Below, one piece after another: positions 9,700 through 17,534 of a DNA stretch of 64,000 nucleotides. The translations under genes were made by a program, and so were the position numbers. The stretch's first letter is position 1, and each line of letters opens with the position of its first letter. The stretch spans positions 15,736 to 79,735 of the forward strand of contig LBOO01000010.1 of NCBI GenBank assembly GCA_000989565.1. The letters are read 5' to 3'. The notes beneath the pieces were generated by a model. That model was not told the DNA's origin, did not search any database, and saw nothing but the letters and a program-made list of their open reading frames with translations. This DNA comes from Candidatus Peregrinibacteria bacterium GW2011_GWA2_33_10 (GTDB lineage Bacteria; Patescibacteriota; Gracilibacteria; UBA1369; GWC2-33-13).

Positions 9700-12501
9700 T
9701 TAGTTTTGACTGTAAATTTCCAATTTTCGCTGTTCTGATAAAGCATATAAGGAGAAATTGGGATATTCCTGAAGTAACCAATCTGAATTTTGGGCTTTAT
9801 AGTCGCGTAATATTTTTTCTAAATCCACTAAATTTTGATTATTAGCGCTTTGTTGGTTTTTTCTAGTTAATCTTAAATTTAGAATTAAATATCTGGTATC
9901 TTGAGCTAAATCCTGATGTGTAAAAATCTTTTGTTCTGCTTCAAGTTTTTTAAGATACTCTCTAACAGGTTTTAAGTTGTCGTAATTGTAGGCAATGGTT
10001 TCGAGGGCAAATACTTTTTCAATTTTGTAGCCATGATGATCAATTATCTTGAGAAGTTCAGGAATATTACTTATGCTGGAAATATTCAGATTAATGCTTT
10101 TTAGATTTTGGATACGGCTGGCTTGACTTAAAATTGGATTAATGAAATCGAGGCCGTTTTCTCCTCCACAGATAAGAGGGAATTTTTTAATTTCTGATTG
10201 TGGAATTTTATTTTGCTCGCAATAATTGATGAATGATTCAACTTCCTGATCGTCTAGCTGATTATCCGCAGTATCCTTAGATAATTGCGTTATATATTCT
10301 ATAATTTTTGGATTTTTCAAGTAAGCATTCAGTTCCGGAGGCACGGGTTCCCACGGAGGATTGGCGGTTAGAATGCTGTGGGTGGTTCCTAAAGCCCATT
10401 CTAGAAGTTCCTCTGGGAATGCATCTTCAAGTGCGTCATGCTTCTGGATCAAGAAATTTGTTGAAAATTTCTCGCTATGATTTTCAGGTAACGTGGCTAT
10501 AAGTTCTTGTTTTTTTGTTAGTGCATTATCAGGATATTTATCAAGTGCGATAATTCTGTCGCAATTTCCATTTAGAAACTGTGTTGCCGGAATGAGTGCT
10601 GATCCGGTACATATATCAATTTGAGTGATACTTGAATATGGTTCCAGATCTTTCAAATTTCTTAAATTTGAATTAACAGCTCTTAAAAAAAGCGCTGAGT
10701 CTTCGGAGGCGAAAAAATGGTTTTCTGATTCTTTTGCTGAATTTTGAGATCCTAGTTCTGATTTTTTGTAAATTGTTTTGATGAGATATTCTAAGGGGAT
10801 ATTGTCTATTTCTTTAGGTGTTTCTTCTTTAAGTACTTTTTTAAATAATGCACATAGATTATCTTCTTCCGTTCCTTTGAGCACTGATGACATATCTGCC
10901 ATGAGCAGCAATTCGGCGGTGCTTGATAATTGAGGATAAGGCAAGGAATTATGTTTTAAAACGATTTCTTTAGAGAAAAACTCATTTTCTTCCTCATAAG
11001 GACAAAAATTAGTTGACCAATTTGTAAATATTTCTAGTTGTTCGATTATCTCTTGCTTATCAGGTGTTAAATTTAAAGTAGAATTTTTTCTGATTCCTCC
11101 CAGTTCTCGAATAAGATTTGAGTATATTTTGTCATTTATTACTCCGTCATTTGAAATCCCACAGTCCTGTCGATTACCAAAACACAAAAGTTTATGCGCA
11201 AGCGAATGGAAATTAACTTGAAATAATTTTAATTCTAAAGGTGTTGGGTTGTCCAATTTCATAATGATTTCAATAGGTGCAGTTATTAACAAACCATTCA
11301 CACTTTTATTTAATTGTGAAAAATATTCGATGCGTTTTTCCGCTGGCAGGATAAAAGCAATATGTTCTAGTGTTTTGATAATGATTGGATTATCTGTATC
11401 CGATTCAATGATTGCATTTATATTATCTTCGAACTTCTCTCGGTTTATCTTTGATATTAGGGCTTTCGCCAATATATATTCCTGAATTGTTTGATGTACA
11501 AATGAATATTGATTGTCCACATTTTTGTCAATTAATCCTTCAGAGACAAGGTTCTCTAAAAGTTGTCTTTCAAATAGTATCTCTGAACTTGAACCTTCTT
11601 CTATAGTTAAGTTGAGATTTTTAATATCGATAGAGTTGTTTCCTCTGCTTAAAAGTTTAATTGCAATTTTATGAAGTAAGTTTTCTCGCAAATCAATTAA
11701 TTCTTGCTCTGAAACCTCTCCAGTTTTGATAATATGACCAAAAAATGGATTACTTTTTAATTTTTCAAAATCGCATTCCAAAACTTTTTTTTGATAATAA
11801 ATCTCAAGTATTTTTGCTTCTGTAAGTTGATTTAAATCTGTAGTTTCATCAATTGTCTCAGACAGTAATCTTATGTTAATCGGAATTTTAAGTAGTTCCA
11901 GTAAAGATCCTTCCGGATCAAGATTTTCAATTCTATTCAGCAATAATTCTGTCTTTTCCGAAGTTAACTTTCTTTTTTCAAGATTTTTAGAGAATAATTC
12001 TATTGATTGCTGTTTTGTTAGTGGCTCAATTTTGTAATGCTGGATTTCGTTGTCTAAAAGTAATTTAGATTGTTCTGTTCTAGAAGCTAGAATAATAATG
12101 TATCCCTTATTTCTGAGCCGTTTAAGCTGTGTAAGAACGAATTGATAATTTGTTCTGGTTATATATGGATCAATCCTATCAATGAATATTATCGTATTTG
12201 GGTAAGGTGAAGGTCTCTCGAAAAGTGTTGAATTTTTGAAAAGTTCATCGAGGTTTAAAGTGATAATTGGTTGGTTTCCGAGTAAAAATTGATTTTGAAT
12301 GTGCTGAAGTTCGATTGTTTTACCTATTCCTGCCAAACCTGAAAGGAGAGTTATTCTGTTATTATTTATTTCACCCAACACTTGCTCATCCGAACATAGC
12401 TTGGAAGAATCCGTTTTCAAGAATCTTCTATGTAAATGAATTTGGGATGATTCATTAATAGCTTCTTGTGGCTCTGTAAATTTTCTTTCTTGTATAAACA
12501 T
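9700..12501 (-). CDS. NACHT/STAND NTPase fused to C-terminal class I SAM methyltransferase
   Basis: Walker A GLAGIGKT, Walker B-like IIFIDRID, ILASR, YSFVHQTIQEYILA (NACHT); DICTGS, ANPPW, GGENGLDFI (HemK-like MTase). Confidence 0.8.
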   Translation of the reverse strand: MFIQERKFTEPQEAINESSQIHLHRRFLKTDSSKLCSDEQVLGEINNNRITLLSGLAGIGKTIELQHIQNQFLLGNQPIITLNLDELFKNSTLFERPSPYPNTIIFIDRIDPYITRTNYQFVLTQLKRLRNKGYIIILASRTEQSKLLLDNEIQHYKIEPLTKQQSIELFSKNLEKRKLTSEKTELLLNRIENLDPEGSLLELLKIPINIRLLSETIDETTDLNQLTEAKILEIYYQKKVLECDFEKLKSNPFFGHIIKTGEVSEQELIDLRENLLHKIAIKLLSRGNNSIDIKNLNLTIEEGSSSEILFERQLLENLVSEGLIDKNVDNQYSFVHQTIQEYILAKALISKINREKFEDNINAIIESDTDNPIIIKTLEHIAFILPAEKRIEYFSQLNKSVNGLLITAPIEIIMKLDNPTPLELKLFQVNFHSLAHKLLCFGNRQDCGISNDGVINDKIYSNLIRELGGIRKNSTLNLTPDKQEIIEQLEIFTNWSTNFCPYEEENEFFSKEIVLKHNSLPYPQLSSTAELLLMADMSSVLKGTEEDNLCALFKKVLKEETPKEIDNIPLEYLIKTIYKKSELGSQNSAKESENHFFASEDSALFLRAVNSNLRNLKDLEPYSSITQIDICTGSALIPATQFLNGNCDRIIALDKYPDNALTKKQELIATLPENHSEKFSTNFLIQKHDALEDAFPEELLEWALGTTHSILTANPPWEPVPPELNAYLKNPKIIEYITQLSKDTADNQLDDQEVESFINYCEQNKIPQSEIKKFPLICGGENGLDFINPILSQASRIQNLKSINLNISSISNIPELLKIIDHHGYKIEKVFALETIAYNYDNLKPVREYLKKLEAEQKIFTHQDLAQDTRYLILNLRLTRKNQQSANNQNLVDLEKILRDYKAQNSDWLLQEYPNFSLYALSEQRKLEIYSQN

Positions 12502-12660
12502 ATTAGATATTTTTTGAGTCCATACTATGTTGCTATTTGCTCAAAATGTCAATATATTGTAATATTGATTTATTAAATCATTGAAAATTTTAAAACATAA
12601 GCTTTAATCTTATGATTTAAAATTGCTACTTCATTATGATTTTGAGAATATAGGTGTTTT

Positions 12661-12809
12661 TTGGCATTTGGATTTGAGAAAATTCAACTCAGTCCCCCAC
12701 ACCGGGTTTGATTTGGGATTGGAACGGGTCGTTGAGTTTTGTTTGCGGGACGCCGCATGTGAAAGAGACTATTCCGTTTCCGAGGGTGCTTAATCGGGTG
12801 ATGCCTTAA
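12661..12809 (+). pseudogene. asnS: Degenerate duplicate of asnS 3' end
   Basis: Aligns to 7411-7558; reads WHLDLRKFNSVPHTGFDLGLERVV/frameshift/VCGTPHVKETIPFPRVLNRVMP*. Confidence 0.92.
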
Positions 12810-12817
12810 TAAAGTGT

Positions 12818-13906
12818 TCAAAAAGACATTTGATAAATATTTTTTTGATCTTTATTTACTTTATCACCTATCAATTGTTTTCTTCTTTCTTCTATTTTTC
12901 TTCTTTCTTCATGAAATCCTAATTTTAAATAAGTGTCACTGAGAACTTTTAAAGATTTAAGGTTACAGGGATCCATTTCTAAAATTTGCAGTTCTATTTT
13001 AACTGCTTCAGGGTAATTTCTCAATGTTCTATAAATATTAGATATTTCTATTAAGGCTCCTATGCCGTTAGGTTCCAATTCTCTGATTCTTAGCTGTATT
13101 CTAATTACTTCTCGATAATTTCCCAGTTTTTTTTCCAAATTGCTAAATTGCACCAACATACGAATATTATTTGGCTCCAGTTTTAAAATTTTTTTAACCA
13201 ATTTTAAAGCTTTTTCTACATCTCCCAATCCTTTGTAACACATAAAGACTTTTCCTAATATACTTAAATTCTCCTGATATCGCGGATTTGGCATTGTTAG
13301 AAAAGGTTCTAAGAGAGCTAAAGCTTCAGTGTAATTTCCTAATTTTATTAAGTTATATGCCTTGGTTAAATAAACGGATTCTTCAAATCTTAGAGGTGGG
13401 GTTGAATCAAACTTAACTTTCTTTGTTGTTTTTTTGGTTTCAGGATGTAAATTTTGCAGTAAATAATGGATGTTTGTGTTTACGGCTTTGATTGTTTCAA
13501 TTGTTGCTTCCTCAGGTATAAGAGGTGAATGGTTTAATTCGCATATATATGATAATATCTGGTTTAAAAAGCTTTCATTTAGATTATCTTCGATTAATTT
13601 ATCATAAAGTTTTTCTATTAATTCCATTGGAAGCAATTCCAAAATAGAAAATATGGCTTTTTTTGTTATTTTCTCATCAGTTATTAATTGGGCAAGTTCA
13701 TCAACCAATTCTTGCTTTTTTGTATTCCAATCTGTTTGAGAAATTTTTTTATCAATGCAAGAAAAATATTTAATAATAGAAAGAAATTCTTTCTGAAATG
13801 TGGAAACTGCTTCTTCAGAATTTGCTTTAGAAAATTTCTTAAACTCAGAAGCTAATAAGGTTACTTCCGGGAAAATTTTCTCTTTTGTTTCTGAGTTTTT
13901 TTTCAT
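12818..13906 (-). CDS. Tetratricopeptide repeat protein
   Basis: C-terminal TPRs (LGNYTEALALLE, LGDVEKALK..LKLEPNN, ELEPNG, EMDPCN); own TTGACA-N16-TAAAAT promoter near 13933-13960. Confidence 0.85.
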   Translation of the reverse strand: MKKNSETKEKIFPEVTLLASEFKKFSKANSEEAVSTFQKEFLSIIKYFSCIDKKISQTDWNTKKQELVDELAQLITDEKITKKAIFSILELLPMELIEKLYDKLIEDNLNESFLNQILSYICELNHSPLIPEEATIETIKAVNTNIHYLLQNLHPETKKTTKKVKFDSTPPLRFEESVYLTKAYNLIKLGNYTEALALLEPFLTMPNPRYQENLSILGKVFMCYKGLGDVEKALKLVKKILKLEPNNIRMLVQFSNLEKKLGNYREVIRIQLRIRELEPNGIGALIEISNIYRTLRNYPEAVKIELQILEMDPCNLKSLKVLSDTYLKLGFHEERRKIEERRKQLIGDKVNKDQKNIYQMSF

Positions 13907-14067
13907 TTGTTAAAATTATCTCGTAGTGGAGAATTTTAATAGATTTTTCCGATATGTCAAATTTACTTTTTTTGCGATTGCAAGAAAAGGATGTAAAGAT
14001 TAATTATAATTATAGTAGAGGCTAAATTCTCAACAAACTCAAAACTTTAGGATTCAATGTGAAAAGT

Positions 14068-15723
14068 TTATAAATTTTCTAATTTATGTATAAAAGTTAA
14101 CAATTTATCAGTCGAAATTTTTTCATCAATAATTTCATCTCTTTCTGATAAATAATTTTGAGGATTAAAAGTAATTTTTCGTATCCTTTTTAAACCATCA
14201 TAAATAAAAAATGAATCTGGTATACCTACAGGAAGGGACTGCCTAATAACGATTGTTTTATCAAGAATATTATCTATTGGTTCTTTCCTTTTAAGCAACT
14301 GGTTATCTTCTTTTTTTCGACTTAATCCATGATAAGTTGCTATTATGCGTCCTTGAGGATATTCATGTGTAACACCTCCTTTTGCCATATTGTAAAGTCC
14401 AAACGGTCGTAACTGTATGCCGTTTATACAAGCAATTGAATCCCCCCCATATACATTTCCTGTCTTGTAAAACCTTTTTCCAACTATTTTATAATGATCT
14501 TGCCAATGTGTTACATAGTTATGCTTTCGACTATTTCCCACGGTCTTATCAAATATGTCTAACATTGATCGGCCAATTTCATTATTATATCGATCTGCTA
14601 GGATTTTCTTTAAGTAAAAACACAAATGACCTCTTCTTAAATAGTTGTCCTCTTGTGATCTATTTAAATCATCATAATTATTGTTAATTATATTAAAATA
14701 GCAGAAATTTGTATCTTGCACGCATACAATAATAACTTTTAATCTTTCTAATTCACGTATGTCATCTTTATTCAGACCTAATCTTATTAAGCTCTCTTTT
14801 TGAAATTTGCTTTTCTCCAGATTTTTTATAAAAGAAGAATTGGACTTAGTTATACCGGCATTGATTTCAACTTGAGTCGCATTTTTCTTAAAATAATCGG
14901 TTTCTTTATCTAAAAAATCCTCTAATTTCTTAAACGCAGACTCATCAAGTTTTAAAAATTTATCAAGTTTACCAAAATTCATCTCAAACAAATATTCATC
15001 ATATATGAATTCGAACTCCTCTTTTAAAATTTCTTCTTTTTTAAAAAATTTAATTAATAAATTTCCTAAAATTTGAGATCTTTCAAATCGCCATTTTAAA
15101 CTAATTAAATATTCAAATAATTCTTTTTTATACTGTGGTATGGTTGTAGAAAGCATTGGTGCTGTTCCGGCATGTCTTTTTACAAAATTCAAAATTTCAG
15201 GGAGACCTTCTACTTCTAATGAATCGCAGTCGCCAAACAATGGACTTCTCAAATGAACTATTCGGCTTTTTTCCAAAAAAACTAATTGAGTAATATCTTC
15301 AGTTCCATTTGATTCATATAATTTCATAGTTTCCGCAAAAAGATGTAGCATTTGTGCAACAGGGATTTTTTCAAAATCTTGAGTTGGATATGCATCTGCT
15401 CCGCAAGTTGCCACGCAAGAACCATTACAGCCATGTACAGGTGACCAGCTATAAATATTCATAAGGACTAATTCTCTTTCTTCTTCATCCGTTATATTTC
15501 TTAGAGCAAATGGTGTTTTTGAGTCCGGTTCGGCAAGATCATAACTCCGCTTTAAAGTTCTTAGTTGTCCTCTTAAAGCTTCGGCTAGTCGGCGCTTAAA
15601 ATATTTTAAATAAGGTATGGATCTTTGTAAATCCTCAATCGGTATTTCTTCACCAGACGTTTGCTTTTTAATTACTTCATTAATAATAGTCTCCGCTGAA
15701 TATTTTTTCGTTAACTCTGTCAT
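14068..15723 (-). CDS. Radical-SAM-like protein (atypical CxxxCxxxC)
   Basis: WSPVHGCNGSCVATCGADA cluster-like motif; late SIACINGIQLRPFG resembles a twitch-type Cys segment. Confidence 0.55.
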   Translation of the reverse strand: MTELTKKYSAETIINEVIKKQTSGEEIPIEDLQRSIPYLKYFKRRLAEALRGQLRTLKRSYDLAEPDSKTPFALRNITDEEERELVLMNIYSWSPVHGCNGSCVATCGADAYPTQDFEKIPVAQMLHLFAETMKLYESNGTEDITQLVFLEKSRIVHLRSPLFGDCDSLEVEGLPEILNFVKRHAGTAPMLSTTIPQYKKELFEYLISLKWRFERSQILGNLLIKFFKKEEILKEEFEFIYDEYLFEMNFGKLDKFLKLDESAFKKLEDFLDKETDYFKKNATQVEINAGITKSNSSFIKNLEKSKFQKESLIRLGLNKDDIRELERLKVIIVCVQDTNFCYFNIINNNYDDLNRSQEDNYLRRGHLCFYLKKILADRYNNEIGRSMLDIFDKTVGNSRKHNYVTHWQDHYKIVGKRFYKTGNVYGGDSIACINGIQLRPFGLYNMAKGGVTHEYPQGRIIATYHGLSRKKEDNQLLKRKEPIDNILDKTIVIRQSLPVGIPDSFFIYDGLKRIRKITFNPQNYLSERDEIIDEKISTDKLLTFIHKLENL

Positions 15724-15734
15724 AAAATTAAAAT

Positions 15735-17025
15735 TTATTTATCTTCAATACTTTCTAATTCAGCGCGCAAATAATCATAAACTTGTCCTCTGATCATAGC
15801 ACAATTATCAGCGGAGTTGTATTAACCGGTTAAGCTTGTCAGTGTCAAACACAAATCCTTTATCTTTAATATAATTTCCATAGATAAAAGTATTTCCGAG
15901 TCCTTTTTCGCTATCAATTTCCAAGCAGGAAGTGGCAAGACCTGTGGGAGTAACTATAAATGATGGCCTCACTGCCCCACACCGAAAATCTCCCTCCAAT
16001 ATACCTTGATTTGGAGTTGTAACTGTATGAATAATATTCTTTCCATAGTTCTTTCCAATTTCAAAAGCTTCAGTTATATATTTTAAAAATTTAGAATTAT
16101 GAAGGGATTTTATTCCATTGTCTCTGGCTCGTCCCGAATTAATTACCGGTGCGAAGCTAAGTGATTTTACATTTTTGAATCTTTCAAAGTTAAATTTGGC
16201 TATTTGCGGGATTTTACAAACTGTTTGTTCAGAGACGATAGTTTCGATATTAAATGGGATACCAGATTGGTTAATAAATTCCAAATTTTTTATTACAGTT
16301 TCTTCTGAAGATTGGCCTGATTTAAAAGAGCGATGTAATGTTTGTCCGTCCGGGCCGTCGAAAGTTATGGTTAGCTCATCAATATTTTCGGTGAGCCATC
16401 TAATATTTTTCGGATTGTTAGCAGCATTTGTAATGAGTTTTATATCAGAAATCAAATTATGAGTTTGTGATTGTTTCCTAAAATAATTAACCGCTGCCTT
16501 TAATAATTTCATGTTGCTCGTGGGCTCACCGCCCCCATGAAAATCCATATAAACGTTTTTGGAACCTGCTTCCATGGCATTTCCAATTACCAAATCAATC
16601 GCGGATCTGGCAATTTCCCATGGCATGTTTTTTACTTTATCTTTTTCTCCGGCATGAGAATAACAATAAACACACTTTAAATTACAGTTGGATGTGGGAA
16701 GCAATCTCACTCCAATAGGCTTAAAATCACTTGATTTTTCAATTCCAAAATCCGGATTATTGTTTCTACTCGCAATAGTGGGTGGTAAATCGAGACCAAT
16801 ATTTATCATTTCAGCCCGAATTTGTAATGGATTGTCTTTGTATATTCTGATGATATTTTCAATCAAGGCGATGCCTTGCGGGTTTGCTTCAAAAACACAA
16901 TTTTCCAATGGGAAATACAAGATGTAGTTATCTCCATTAGTGATGCGGTAAACGCCTTCGTATAGTTTTTCTCCCGCTTGATATTCAATCATTGAGTATT
17001 CTTCATGGTTTTTCGATTGTTCCAT
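15735..17025 (-). CDS. Radical SAM/SPASM peptide maturase with RRE-like N-terminus; SPASM internally deleted/frameshifted
   Basis: CNLKCVYC, FHGGGEP, ITN, ITFDGP, FRCGA..VTPTGLATSC; stop at 15808, but the tail SADNCAMIRGQVYDYLRAELESIEDK* continues in another frame to 15735; true start MEQSK at 17025. Confidence 0.85.
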
Positions 17026-17065
17026 AAATTTAAAGTTAAAAATTAAGCTTATTAATTTTAAGTTT

Positions 17066-17102
17066 AGGGAGAGGAAGATACTTTGTAGATCTTCCTCTCC
17101 CT
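17066..17102 (-). terminator. Perfect 14-bp hairpin between peptide and rSAM genes
   Basis: AGGGAGAGGAAGAT-N9-ATCTTCCTCTCCCT. Confidence 0.8.
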
Positions 17103-17107
17103 TTGGA

Positions 17108-17206
17108 TCACCCCCCATGCACGGGGCAATCACACCCATAACCATAACAACGTCCATGCCTTTTTTCTCTAACTTTAAGTAACTTTTTTCCTTTGAATTT
17201 GAACAT
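17108..17206 (-). CDS. Candidate RiPP precursor peptide MFKFKGKKLLKVREKRHGRCYGYGCDCPVHGG
   Basis: Manual translation; AAGGAG SD 7 nt before ATG; flanked by 5' and 3' hairpins; directly upstream of rSAM/SPASM. Confidence 0.8.
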   Translation of the reverse strand: MFKFKGKKLLKVREKRHGRCYGYGCDCPVHGG

Positions 17207-17235
17207 TTCTTTCTCCTTTTTGGGTGTTTTTTTTT

Positions 17236-17273
17236 GCCCATCACCTCTCCGCTTTTTGCGGGGGCAATGGGTC
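17236..17273 (-). promoter_or_regulatory. 5' UTR stem-loop of the peptide transcript
   Basis: Minus strand CCCATTGCC-CCCGC-AAAAA-GCGG-AGA-GGTGATGGG; the G-U pairs form on the minus-strand transcript. Confidence 0.6.
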
Positions 17274-17483
17274 AAAAGTACGCACAAATTTATAAATGAA
17301 ATTTTTATTTAAAACAAAAAAATTAAAATATTTTACAGAAATTTTTATAAATTATTTTAATTTATTAATTTTTATTTTATTTTTAAAAATGGTTTATTTA
17401 AACCAATAATCAAATATTAATTTAGTCATTTTCTTACTTTTTAAATATTTGAATGCAAATATTTTTTATGGTGACAGCTTTTG

Positions 17484-17511
17484 TTGACATCTGAAATAAA
17501 ATCATTATAAT
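17484..17511 (+). promoter_or_regulatory. Consensus sigma70 promoter
   Basis: TTGACA-N16-TATAAT, ending 23 nt before ATG 17535. Confidence 0.7.
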
Positions 17512-17534
17512 TTTTCCTTAATTTAATTTGTTCA

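Noticed and set aside
12818-13906. TPR gene as a definite member of the RiPP operon
   Set aside because: 161-nt gap with its own TTGACA-N16-TAAAAT promoter; linkage unproven
15425-15445. PVHG shared by the precursor core and the second rSAM-like protein
   Set aside because: Four-residue match with no mechanistic support
17026-17244. 73-aa N-terminal extension of the rSAM ORF in the ORF track
   Set aside because: It runs through two hairpins and overlaps the SD-led peptide ORF in another frame; ATG 17025 is the better start
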